From Myxococcota bacterium (GTDB lineage: Bacteria; Myxococcota_A; UBA796; UBA2385), in contig JBIJDH010000007.1 of NCBI GenBank assembly GCA_044344255.1, positions 214,082-278,081 on the forward strand: a DNA stretch of 64,000 nt, read 5' to 3'. Positions within the stretch are counted from its first letter, which is position 1. Each line of letters starts with the position of its first letter. The notes under the pieces were generated by a model that saw only the letters and a program-made list of their open reading frames with translations, searched no databases and was not told where the DNA came from. The position numbers were made by a program, and so were the translations under genes. Positions 49,453 to 58,816 of this stretch are shown piece by piece.

Positions 49453-51993
49453 TCAGCGGGGGCGGGAGGCGAGGTCGACCTCTTCCTTCATCCACCGGGT
49501 CACGTGGGGGAGGCCATCCAGCTTCCCCTGGTGGTGAGCGGCGTAGAGCTCGGCGAACCACTCCGAGGGAGAGCGAAACTGGTAGTCCGAGACCCAGGAG
49601 CGCTTGCGCAGCGACAGCGGGTAGGACACCCATTGATCCCGATAGGCATGCTGATAGACCGTCTCGCCGATGGCCCAGGTCTCGGCCCCCTTGTCCCCGT
49701 CTGTCCACAGGCCGGCGTCATTGTTGCGGAGGCCGATCGCGCGGATATGGACGACCGCGGGGTGAGAGAGGAGCTCTGCCCAGCTTCCGATCTGCATCGG
49801 GCGGAGGGTGTCCACCTCGTCGAGCTGGGCGGTGAAGGCCGCGTCAAAGGAGATTCGGTGGTCGATCACCCGCAGCACCACCCGCTCAATCGCCTTGTGG
49901 ATGAGCGGCGCGTCTGTGTAGGGGTGACCGCAGAGCTGCGTGAGCTGGTCTGTCTCAGGGTCGAGCTTGTCAATCGTGCGGTGGTCGATCTGCGCGATTC
50001 GCTCCCTCACCTTGGCGTAGACCTTGGACTGGAGGAGCGCCTCGCGGGTCGGGGTCTCCTTCGCGGTGCGGATGAAGCTGTTGACGCTCGTCTCGATCTG
50101 CTCCGCCCCGTCCGTCCGCTTGACCTCGGCGAGCGCGAGAAGGGTCCGGAGGAAGGCCGGCGGCGCCTGGTCTTTGTAAGCGTCGAAGAAGTTGTGGTGC
50201 TCGGCGACCGCGTCCAAGACCTGCCCCTCCGTCACCGCCCTCCAGCCGCCGAAGCGCTCGCTCCCGGCGCGGCCGCGCATGAAGCCGAGGTGCTCGTCTA
50301 CCGAGTGGCCGATCTCGTGCAGGGTCGTGCTGTCGAAGGTGCGGACCTTTCGATCGCGGAGCGCGCGCGGGCCGAGCTCTTCGGTGTCGGGGAGGAGGCG
50401 CCCCACCTTGGGCACGTTCAGCGTGAGGTGGCCGAGAGAGTGGCCGGACCCGCCCTCTCCACCCCGGACACGGTTGATCGAGAGGAGCTGGTCATTCCAG
50501 CGGGTGTGAACAGGCGGGAGCCCCTCGAGGATCGCGTAGAAGCGCGGCAGGGCGCGGGACGTCAGGTCGCCTTCCAGCTTCGTGATGTTGAAGCGCGCCT
50601 GGATCGCCAGCGCCACGAAGGTGCGCTCTGCGGGGGTCCCGGCCTTGCCCCCGAGGCTGGCCATCACCTGATCGAGGAGCTGGTTGCCTCCGGGGCGGGC
50701 GACCAGCTTCTTCAGGGCGTCGCGGTCGCCGCCCTCGATCTGCGCGATGAGCAGCTTGCGGGCGTCGGCGGCCTTGCCCTTCGCGCTGTAGACGAGGGCG
50801 CGCGCCTCGAGGGCGCCGAGCAGCGCCTCGACCCGCTGAAGGAGGGCGGCCGCGCGCTGATGGACAGCCTCCCGGGTGACCCGCTCGACGCCGGACTCGT
50901 CTTGCTCGATCCGCGTCCCGAGCTCCTCCACCAGCGGGGAGAGGGCGCGCTGATGTTCGTCGAGCGGGGAGCGGAGCTGCTCCGCCTTGCTGCGGGTGGA
51001 GGGGTCCCGGCTCGCGAGCCCCTGCGAGATCTGCTCGATGACGCTCGGCTTGTCGAGGGTGGTGAGGGTCTTGTGGACCTCCCGCTCGAGCTGGGCGAAG
51101 GCCCACACCCGCCTGGCGAGCGGGCCGTTACCCTGCAGTCCGATCGGGAGCTGCTCTTCGCCGGGCACGAGGGCCTGGCCGGCCGCCTCGACGCGCTCGG
51201 TGAGGACGCGGGCCTGCTCGGCGGTGGCGCGCAGCAGGCGGATGCCCTCGGCGTTGCGGACGGAGCCGAGCAAGGCCGCTTCGAGCTTCTCGCGGCGCCG
51301 GTCGGCCCGGAGGGTGAGCGCGCGGAGCCGCTCGCCGAGCTCTGCGGCGCGGCGCACGACCGCGGGGGCCGCCTCGCTCGACGGCTGGAGCGGCCTGGCC
51401 TCGCCGAGGAGCTGGAGGGTGGCCTCGCGCAGGGCCTCGAGCTCTTGCAGGAGGGCGAGCACCTCGCGGTCCGAGACCGGCTTCATCGGGGTGGGCGCGG
51501 GGGGCGCGTCCACCTCCATGTCCAAGGGGGGCGCCTCGCGCTGGAGGTCGCCTTCATGGACCTGCTCCTGGGGCGCCTCGGCCGGCTCGCCGTAGGTGGC
51601 GCGGGTGAGGAGGTCGAGCGCGGGGGCCTCGGCGCAGAAGCCCGTCAGGTGCTTCTTGAGGTCCTTCCAGGCCGCCTGGAGGAGCCGCGGAGAGGTGAGG
51701 CGGCCCGGGCCTTGGAAGGGGGTCACCACGATGGCGCCCTCCCCCACGCGAAAGGTGCCCCGCCCCATTGGCCCCCGATCGGCGCCCTTCTCGACCTCGG
51801 GGTCTCCGCTCCAGGCCTTCTTGAGCGCCGCGAGGGTGGTGTCCTGGGCCCGCTCCCCGAGCAGGAGGCGCGGGCTCCCCCGCTCTCCGCCGAGCCGCAC
51901 GACGCAGTAGTGGAGCACCTCGGCCTGGGAGGCGCGCAGGGTGGGGAGGTGCCGGTTCAGGTTCTTCAGCGCGGCGTTCGGGATCGCGGGCAA
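49453..51993 (-). CDS. 846-aa protein with C-terminal zincin metallopeptidase
   Basis: TLHEIGHSVD plus distal VSDYQFRSPSEWFAELY; helical middle; GGAGG before TTG start. Confidence 0.8.
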   Translation of the reverse strand: MPAIPNAALKNLNRHLPTLRASQAEVLHYCVVRLGGERGSPRLLLGERAQDTTLAALKKAWSGDPEVEKGADRGPMGRGTFRVGEGAIVVTPFQGPGRLTSPRLLQAAWKDLKKHLTGFCAEAPALDLLTRATYGEPAEAPQEQVHEGDLQREAPPLDMEVDAPPAPTPMKPVSDREVLALLQELEALREATLQLLGEARPLQPSSEAAPAVVRRAAELGERLRALTLRADRRREKLEAALLGSVRNAEGIRLLRATAEQARVLTERVEAAGQALVPGEEQLPIGLQGNGPLARRVWAFAQLEREVHKTLTTLDKPSVIEQISQGLASRDPSTRSKAEQLRSPLDEHQRALSPLVEELGTRIEQDESGVERVTREAVHQRAAALLQRVEALLGALEARALVYSAKGKAADARKLLIAQIEGGDRDALKKLVARPGGNQLLDQVMASLGGKAGTPAERTFVALAIQARFNITKLEGDLTSRALPRFYAILEGLPPVHTRWNDQLLSINRVRGGEGGSGHSLGHLTLNVPKVGRLLPDTEELGPRALRDRKVRTFDSTTLHEIGHSVDEHLGFMRGRAGSERFGGWRAVTEGQVLDAVAEHHNFFDAYKDQAPPAFLRTLLALAEVKRTDGAEQIETSVNSFIRTAKETPTREALLQSKVYAKVRERIAQIDHRTIDKLDPETDQLTQLCGHPYTDAPLIHKAIERVVLRVIDHRISFDAAFTAQLDEVDTLRPMQIGSWAELLSHPAVVHIRAIGLRNNDAGLWTDGDKGAETWAIGETVYQHAYRDQWVSYPLSLRKRSWVSDYQFRSPSEWFAELYAAHHQGKLDGLPHVTRWMKEEVDLASRPR

Positions 51994-52057
51994 GGTGGCC
52001 TCCGAGGCCCGCTCGCTTATTGCGCTCGACCCCGCGTGTCCGGGGCGCCGCTCGACC

Positions 52058-52162
52058 TTACTTGTCCGCCTGCTCCTGGTTGCGGCCGGCGCGGAGGCCC
52101 GTCTTGACGGTCACAGAGAGGGGGGCGCGGGTGGCGAAGACGGGCTTGACGGGGGCGTTCAT
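52058..52162 (-). CDS. 34-aa peptide MNAPVKPVFATRAPLSVTVKTGLRAGRNQEQADK
   Basis: AGGAG RBS, sigma54 promoter about 53 nt upstream, GC-rich third positions. Confidence 0.7.
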   Translation of the reverse strand: MNAPVKPVFATRAPLSVTVKTGLRAGRNQEQADK

Positions 52163-52214
52163 GGGGGGCTCCTGCTCTGGGTTGTTGCCGCCGGGGTGGC
52201 GTGCTTGGAGCTTT

Positions 52215-52230
52215 AGCAAGCCGCGTGCCA
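52215..52230 (-). promoter_or_regulatory. sigma54 (-24/-12) promoter
   Basis: TGGCAC-GCGGC-TTGCT, exact consensus. Confidence 0.8.
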
Positions 52231-52569
52231 CCCGCCGCACCGCCGCCTGGACGGACCAAGCTTCGTTTTGGATGAGCGCCGCCGGTCCTGCGATGAGCGC
52301 GCATCCGGTTCGCGGTGCGCGCGCGTCGGAGCCCGGCCCGCCATCGACCTGCTCGTCGGGGGGCTCAGGCGGCTCGGCGGATGGAGCGGGGGTGAAGAGG
52401 TCGAGGGCAGAGCCGTCCTCGACATGGGAGGCGCCTCGCCCTTCCTCCCGCCCCTCGGTGCGACCCAGGACCTCCCGGTCTCCGCTCCAGGCCGCCGCGA
52501 GGGTCGCGCGGATGGTGTCCGGGGCGCGCTCCCTCCCCGACCGTTGATCCGGGCTATCCTCAGCGGCAT

Positions 52570-53190
52570 GTGTTCAAGCGCTCTCTCACCCCGTACACCG
52601 AGCCGGGTCGGGTCGGGCCTGCGGCCGGATTGAACGTGGATCACCCCGCATGCGCCGCTCCGCCGCCGGACACCTCGGCCCAGATTGCCCACTACACCTC
52701 GTTTGCTCCGGTGTTCACGGGCGGGGTGGTCCTCCAGCTCCGCGGCCGCGGGCCAGCCTTGAGCGCCGCGATCGCTGGCCTCGGCCTGACCGACGTCCGC
52801 ACGGTCCACTGCTCGGAGGACCGCCTCCTGGCCTGGCTCCCCGGTGTGGGCGGGGACAGCGTGAGTGGCCTCACGGCTCTGTTCTCCAGCCGCGGGCTGA
52901 CCGTGTCCGAACATGTCGAGATATCGCCCGCCGTCGGTCGCTCCTGGCTCCGCGCCGCGTGTACGGACGCCAATCGTTGTGAGCAGATCCTCTCGACAGC
53001 CCACCCGGAGGGCTTGTGCGGCCTCAGCCTCTCCGTGCTGCAGATCTCCCCCATCGCCGAGGCGCTCGCGGCCTGCCGCGCGCTCCCAGCGAGCGTCGTG
53101 ATGTGCGCCGTCGGTGCGCGGGACGGGGCCGACCATTGCGAGCAAGCGCTCCGCGAGGCCGCGCGCCCTTCCGCCTCCGAACCACCTTGA
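52570..53190 (+). CDS. hypothetical protein
   Basis: 206-aa ORF of plausible composition; its stop overlaps the next TTG. Confidence 0.45.
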   Translation: MFKRSLTPYTEPGRVGPAAGLNVDHPACAAPPPDTSAQIAHYTSFAPVFTGGVVLQLRGRGPALSAAIAGLGLTDVRTVHCSEDRLLAWLPGVGGDSVSGLTALFSSRGLTVSEHVEISPAVGRSWLRAACTDANRCEQILSTAHPEGLCGLSLSVLQISPIAEALAACRALPASVVMCAVGARDGADHCEQALREAARPSASEPP

Positions 53191-53483
53191 CGAGCGCCTG
53201 CCAGCCGCCCCTCTGGGCCCGGCTGCTTCGGCGGCGGCGCGAACGGACGCTTCGCCTCGAAGAGAACAGTGAGAGAGACCTGTTTCGCGCCTTGAATGAC
53301 CTTGGTGCGACGGTCGAGGAGCGGGATTGGGGGGTCGGGGGCGCCGTGGAGACCACCACCGCGGTCATCACGCTCGGTGCAGCCCAGGCCACGTTGACCC
53401 TGCGCTCCTACGAAGGGCCGACGCTCTCCGGGGATCCCGGTCTGATAGACCGGATCGCGAAGACCATCCCAGAGAGCCGGTAG
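53187..53483 (+). CDS. small hypothetical protein
   Basis: LFRALNDLGATVEERDWGVGG...YEGPTLSGDPGLIDRI; TTGA overlap; start uncertain. Confidence 0.55.
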   Translation: MTSACQPPLWARLLRRRRERTLRLEENSERDLFRALNDLGATVEERDWGVGGAVETTTAVITLGAAQATLTLRSYEGPTLSGDPGLIDRIAKTIPESR

Positions 53484-53633
53484 GGAGCATCGCTGCGTGA
53501 CGACGAAACCCAGCCGGACGACGCCTACGACCGGGCGCTCCCGCTCGCCAACCGGGGTGAGCTCGCCGCAGCCTTCGCCGCCATCCAGATCCATTGCCCC
53601 TTCAGGAACATTCGAGCGCTACGCCCTCCACGG

Positions 53634-55457
53634 TCATCCGGCCAACTCCAGGAAGACCGCGGCGTCGAGCCAACGCTGGGCCACCGCCGATGGGCGCCCG
53701 GCGAGCCGTAGCTGGATGGCGGCCCGGAGGGCGCGCAGCGCCTCGGCGATGTGGCTCACTCCCACCGCATCGAGCGCCTCCGCCGCCCCCGCGACCCGCG
53801 ATGCGGCTTGCCCGTCGAGGCGGGCGAGGCCCAGGTGCGCCAGGGCGTCCAGCGCCGCGCCGGCGAGCGACAAGGCGTGGGCCAACGGTTCGGCCGGGTC
53901 GTAGGTGAGGTCGGGCGCGATGGGGCCGCGGGGCGTGGTGCCGAGATCGGGGACGAGCACTCGGTCTGTCCACACCGCGATCGGATTGATCTGGAGGCCG
54001 GCCGGGGTGAGCTGCACCTCGCCAGAGAGGGCGGTGGCCGTCGGCAGCGCACGCGCGAGGGCATCGATCGCGCAGGGAGCGACGCCCTCGAAACGTCGAA
54101 TGAGCTGAACACGCGTCGATCCTGCCGTCCACTCCGCCCGCAGGACCTGCTCCCCCGCATTGTACCGGATGTGCGAAGCAGCGCCGAACAACACGAAGAC
54201 GTCGTCCGCTCGGACACGCGGACGGAGGATCCGCGGGGGGCGCGCCGCCAGCCACTCCGCGAGCGCGTCCGCGTCGTGCCAGCGCACCGCCGCGGGCAGC
54301 GTCGCCCAGTCTGCTCCGGGCAGGATCGAAGCGTGCCGTCCGGTTGCGAGGGAGAGGCTGCCCTCCGCGGAGCGCACGACCCTTCGGGCCACGAGGTTCC
54401 CCGTCGCGAGCGCGCCGAGCGTGACCCCGGGAGCGAGCGTCGTCGTGGGATCACCGTTCGCCTCCGAGAGGTGCACGGAGACGACCCCCGTTTCGGCATC
54501 CGCCAGGTAGATCACGGTTTCATTCGGCAGCACCCGCGCCCCGAGCGCCACCCATCGCCCCTGTCGCAGCGTCGTCTCCGCCGGCTCGCCCGTGCCGAGG
54601 GCGTCCCGCGCCGGGATCGTGCGCGCCGCGAACGCCCGCCGACGCGCTGCCAGCTCTGCCAGGCACGAGCGCACGATCGACGGGTGGTGCCGAGCGTCCC
54701 GCGCCGCCCAGGCCCGGAGTTGATCCTCCAGCACGTCGAGCGCCCCGGTCATCCAGGGCTGTCCGGCCGGCCTGGCGTGTGCGAACCATCGGTCCCACGG
54801 CACAACGCCCGACACCCCGGCCTCGAGGACCTGCCCGAGCAGCTCCGTGACCGGGTCCGGCGCGGCGGAGGGGACGGCTTCGCCCTCGAAGGTGGGCCCG
54901 AGGCTCATCCCACCCACGAGGATTGGCCCCTTCGCTCCGGCGGCACGGAAGGCCCAGACGGCGATCACGACATGTGCGCAACGCTCGGCGGCACAGTCAC
55001 ACCGGGCGCCTGCCACATCGGCGTCGAGCAGGAAGCGCACGGCGCAGGTCGGCAGCCGCGCGACGGGCGGATCGGTTTGGAGATCCACGGTGATCCCAAC
55101 GCTCCGCAGGCGTGTCGCGCCCGCCACGTCGTAGCCTTGGAGATCGGCGTCGGGGATCGCGTCGGGAGACCGTCTTAGGGTTCCAACGGGCTCACGCGGG
55201 CAGGCGAGCACCAACGCGACCCGATGGCGACAAACGGTGTTCGCGCCGCAGCTGCATCGCGCCTCCGTCCAGACGACCCCGGGCGCCAGCTCGGTGGTGA
55301 CACCGTCCGGGTAGACAGCGCGCACCGTCTGATCCGCGAGGATCTCGACCAACGGCCCGTTGCCCGCCGCGATCTCCCGCTGCGCGCGCTTGACCAGCCC
55401 GAGGTTGGTGGCCGCGGCGAGCACCTCGGGCGTCAAGCGCGTGAGGTCGCACCTCAT
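53634..55457 (-). CDS. yehQ: SWIM zinc-finger protein, YehQ-like
   Basis: LTPEVLAAATNLGLVKRA; two SWIM motifs CSCGANTVCRH and CDCAAERCAH; ATGA overlap. Confidence 0.85.
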   Translation of the reverse strand: MRCDLTRLTPEVLAAATNLGLVKRAQREIAAGNGPLVEILADQTVRAVYPDGVTTELAPGVVWTEARCSCGANTVCRHRVALVLACPREPVGTLRRSPDAIPDADLQGYDVAGATRLRSVGITVDLQTDPPVARLPTCAVRFLLDADVAGARCDCAAERCAHVVIAVWAFRAAGAKGPILVGGMSLGPTFEGEAVPSAAPDPVTELLGQVLEAGVSGVVPWDRWFAHARPAGQPWMTGALDVLEDQLRAWAARDARHHPSIVRSCLAELAARRRAFAARTIPARDALGTGEPAETTLRQGRWVALGARVLPNETVIYLADAETGVVSVHLSEANGDPTTTLAPGVTLGALATGNLVARRVVRSAEGSLSLATGRHASILPGADWATLPAAVRWHDADALAEWLAARPPRILRPRVRADDVFVLFGAASHIRYNAGEQVLRAEWTAGSTRVQLIRRFEGVAPCAIDALARALPTATALSGEVQLTPAGLQINPIAVWTDRVLVPDLGTTPRGPIAPDLTYDPAEPLAHALSLAGAALDALAHLGLARLDGQAASRVAGAAEALDAVGVSHIAEALRALRAAIQLRLAGRPSAVAQRWLDAAVFLELAG

Positions 55458-56575
55458 CGCCCCACCTTCTCCGCGACCCAGGACGCGAGCTGCGCAGGTG
55501 TCATCGCCGCCACCTCTGCGCCGGCGGCCACGACGGCCTCGGCGGTAGGCTTGTCGTAGACGGGTCTGCATTCGGTGTCCAAGGCGGCGAGCCCCAACAC
55601 CTGCGTCCCCTGCTCACACAAGGCCCGCACCTCGGCCAACATCGTGTCGGTGCCGTGCCCCTCGTAGAAGTCGGTGATGAGCACGACGATCGACTTCTGG
55701 GGGTCTACGATCAAGCCGGCGGCGTAGCGCAGCGCCTGCGCCGCGTCGTTCCCCCCGCCGAGGCTCACCGATAGGAGCGTCTCGAGCGGGTCGGTGATGT
55801 AGGGGGTGACATCGACGAGGGCGGTGTCCCAGAGCACACAGTGGACCTTCAAGGCGGGCATCTGCCAGAGGCATGCGGCCATGACCGCCGCGTGGATCAG
55901 GTTGCCCACCATGCTCCCGGACTGGTCGACCAGGAGGATGACCTGCCACCTCGAGGTGTGCGGGCGTACGCGCGAGAAGAAGTGCGCCCGGCGCAGCACG
56001 AGCCGCTGCCCGACGGGATCGTAGTGGCGCAGGTTGAGCCGGAGTGTCTTCGGCACATCGAGGTTTCGCGCGATGCGCAGGGCGCTGGGCCGCCGTCGGT
56101 CCGCTGTGCCCGAAAAGGCAACGCGGACATCGGTCATCAATCGTCGCCGTAGCTCCTCGACCACGGTGGCCACGACCACACGAGCGGCGGCGAGCACACC
56201 CGGGTTCATGAGGTGCTTCGCCTGCAGGATGGCGGCCAGCAGCGCCTCGTTGGGCACCGCAGCGGCGAGCGCGACCGGATCGGTGACGACGGAAGCGATA
56301 CGATACCGCTCAAGCGCGTCCCGCTCGAGCCGCTCGATGACCTCCTGGGGGAAGAGGCGGTGAACCTCTGCCAGCCACTCGGGCACCGTCATCGGGTGGC
56401 CGTCCCCGGCGCCGCTGGGGCGCACGTTGCGGTGTTCGCGCTCTGCCTCTCGGCCGTACAGCCACTCGAGCGCCTCATCCGCGGCCTGGTCCCGGTCGTC
56501 GAGCCGCCCGGCCGGGCCGAGCCCCGAGGCGGCGGGAGCGCCAAGCACGAGTCGCCAACGCGCCATGCCGTTCAC
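55454..56575 (-). CDS. yehP: VWA domain protein, YehP-like
   Basis: RWRLVLG, LEWLY, LVDQSGSM, LITDFYEG. Confidence 0.9.
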   Translation of the reverse strand: MNGMARWRLVLGAPAASGLGPAGRLDDRDQAADEALEWLYGREAEREHRNVRPSGAGDGHPMTVPEWLAEVHRLFPQEVIERLERDALERYRIASVVTDPVALAAAVPNEALLAAILQAKHLMNPGVLAAARVVVATVVEELRRRLMTDVRVAFSGTADRRRPSALRIARNLDVPKTLRLNLRHYDPVGQRLVLRRAHFFSRVRPHTSRWQVILLVDQSGSMVGNLIHAAVMAACLWQMPALKVHCVLWDTALVDVTPYITDPLETLLSVSLGGGNDAAQALRYAAGLIVDPQKSIVVLITDFYEGHGTDTMLAEVRALCEQGTQVLGLAALDTECRPVYDKPTAEAVVAAGAEVAAMTPAQLASWVAEKVGR

Positions 56576-58812
56576 GGGGCCACCAGCCGATACAGCGACA
56601 CCCAGCTCGCGACACGGGCATCCAGCGCCAGCCCGGCGACGATCGCCCCCGTAGACGCACCACTCAGCGGGCGGTCATCGGGGTGGGCGGCGCGGAGCTG
56701 ATGGGCGATCTGCGCCCGTTCATAGGGAGGAAACCAGGAGAACGCCAGCCGGAGCGCGGGGAGCGCGGCCCGAAAGGCGGCGTCTCCCATCCCGAGCACC
56801 GCGTGGTCGATGGCCGCCAAGAGCGCCGGACTGGCGATGAGCACCTCCCGCGACACGGCAAACAGCCCGGTGAGGAGCTCCCCGATGGCGTCCGGGTGGG
56901 TAGAGCTGCGCAGGGCGTCTGCGGCGTCCGCGCTTCGATCCGCGCCGTCCACCGCCCAGACCACCCCGAGGCACGCGCCGCGCAGCCCGAAGGGTGCGTC
57001 ACGGCGCAGCGCCGTCCGGGCGACCATGGCCAGGGACGCGGGTTGTTCCTCGGGACAATCCCGGAGCGCCACCGAGAGCGACCGGACCGCTTCGATCACG
57101 GCCGTGGGTGTGGCCGCGTCCGCGCCGGCCATGCCCTCGATCAGGCACCCACACCGCCGGATCGCCGTGTGGAGCGCCGCGCGCAGCGCCGCCGCGGCCT
57201 CAGGGGCCAGATCCTGGCCGAAGCGCCACAAGGCATGCAGGCGCGAGATCGCGGCGCCGAGCCGGTCGAGCTTACGCTCCCTCGCGATGGCGCGGAGCAC
57301 GGTCGGCGTCCACTCCCGCAGATCGAGCACCCCGGCGAGCGCGGCGTCGCCGAGCGCGAGCGCAATCGCTGCGGTGTCGCCTTCGTCGTGGAGGATCCGC
57401 CGCACGACGCGTTCACGCGCCGCCGACTCCAGCGTGGCCCCCCACGCAGCGGCCTCGATCAGGACGCCCTCGGACTCCACCACGTACCGCACACGCCACA
57501 CCTCGGTCCGCCCGACGTCGGTGCCCCAGGTCGGGCCAACTGTCCGGGTGTACCCTGGAATGCCGAGCAAGCGCAGGCGGTGCAGCACGCGGCTTCGCTC
57601 GAGCTGGACGCCCAGCGGAAGTTCGATGGTCCGCGCGCGCGGCGTCGGCACGAGGTCGCACCGCGACAGGGTTGCGGCGACATCGGCGACGAGCGGTGGC
57701 CGCGGGGTGGCGGGGGCCACCCGACCGATCCGTTCGCCCGTGAGGCCCCGAACGAGGGTCGCCAGGAGGGGGTGTGTCCGTCGCGACAGGGGCGCGCGCC
57801 GGGTCCAGGGAGCCGGCTCGGAGAGGCCGTCCTTCAAGAGCGCACAGGTCAGGCCCTCGAGCAGGTCGATCCGCGTCGGCGCGGGGTGACCGCGCAGGCG
57901 CGCCAGGCCGAGGATGAGCGTGCGCGCCGCGATCGCATCCGAAGACGAGAGCGGGAACCGGCTCTCCCGGATGCGGGACACGAGCTCCTCGAACATGGGC
58001 TCCCAGGCGCCGTCCCCGAGCGCCCAGCTCGCCGCCGCGAAGGCGGGAGATGGCATACCGGCGTCGTATCCAGAGAAGCTGTCCAGACGTTCGAAGGACC
58101 AAGGCACAATATAGCTGCCGGTGCGCACTCCCGGGTCGGGCGAGGGGACCTCGGGCTCCGGGCCAGGTGCGGGCGCCACGTCGAGCAGCGCCGGCTGATG
58201 GAAGCCCCCGACGACGACCAGCACGGGCCCGCCCTGAGCGAGCGCCCAACCGATCCAGCGGCGCATGTAGGCTTCGCGTGGGCCGTCGCGGTCGCCATCG
58301 GGGATGGCCCCTTCTCCAACAGGTCGAACTTCGCGAAAGAACAGGTCGAGCGCCGCAGCGGTCGTCCCCGCGCGCTCGAACAGGTGCTCCCACAGGGCGT
58401 CGAAGCCCTCGACGTGAACGCGACGGCACAGTGCGTCGATGCGGGACCCCCACCTCTCGGCCTCGTCGGCGTAGCGGTGGACACGCCCAGACCAGGCCGG
58501 GTGCCACATCGGCAGGTCGATGAACCGGACGGTAGCCCCCGCGGCGGCACCCTCTGTCAACGCGACCCACTCCGGAGAGTGTTCACAGAGCGGCGTGAAG
58601 CAGGACCCCGAACGCTCCCCCTCGCTCGCGAACCCGAAGAGCGCGATCGGCAGCGCGTGGGGCAGCAGGAGATCGGCGAGGCCCGCGTTCGCGTCGGCGG
58701 GGCCCTCGACCAGGACGAACCGCGGCTTCAACTCGGCGATCAGCGCGCGTACGACCCGCGCGCACGCGGGGCTGTGGTGCCGTACGCCGAGGACACGGAC
58801 CGGAGGGTGCAT
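56572..58812 (-). CDS. yehM: DUF5682 protein, YehM-like
   Basis: GVRHHSPACA, VLVEGP, SPEWVAL, REAYM, GGFH, GYDAGMPSP. Confidence 0.9.
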   Translation of the reverse strand: MHPPVRVLGVRHHSPACARVVRALIAELKPRFVLVEGPADANAGLADLLLPHALPIALFGFASEGERSGSCFTPLCEHSPEWVALTEGAAAGATVRFIDLPMWHPAWSGRVHRYADEAERWGSRIDALCRRVHVEGFDALWEHLFERAGTTAAALDLFFREVRPVGEGAIPDGDRDGPREAYMRRWIGWALAQGGPVLVVVGGFHQPALLDVAPAPGPEPEVPSPDPGVRTGSYIVPWSFERLDSFSGYDAGMPSPAFAAASWALGDGAWEPMFEELVSRIRESRFPLSSSDAIAARTLILGLARLRGHPAPTRIDLLEGLTCALLKDGLSEPAPWTRRAPLSRRTHPLLATLVRGLTGERIGRVAPATPRPPLVADVAATLSRCDLVPTPRARTIELPLGVQLERSRVLHRLRLLGIPGYTRTVGPTWGTDVGRTEVWRVRYVVESEGVLIEAAAWGATLESAARERVVRRILHDEGDTAAIALALGDAALAGVLDLREWTPTVLRAIARERKLDRLGAAISRLHALWRFGQDLAPEAAAALRAALHTAIRRCGCLIEGMAGADAATPTAVIEAVRSLSVALRDCPEEQPASLAMVARTALRRDAPFGLRGACLGVVWAVDGADRSADAADALRSSTHPDAIGELLTGLFAVSREVLIASPALLAAIDHAVLGMGDAAFRAALPALRLAFSWFPPYERAQIAHQLRAAHPDDRPLSGASTGAIVAGLALDARVASWVSLYRLVAP

Positions 58813-58816
58813 GCCG

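Noticed and set aside
47995..52107. 1370-aa plus-strand ORF, and similar long ORFs at 59872-63600, 43313-46228, 28111-30144 and 36871-39363
   Set aside because: Antisense or off-frame shadows of well-supported genes, as expected at this GC content.
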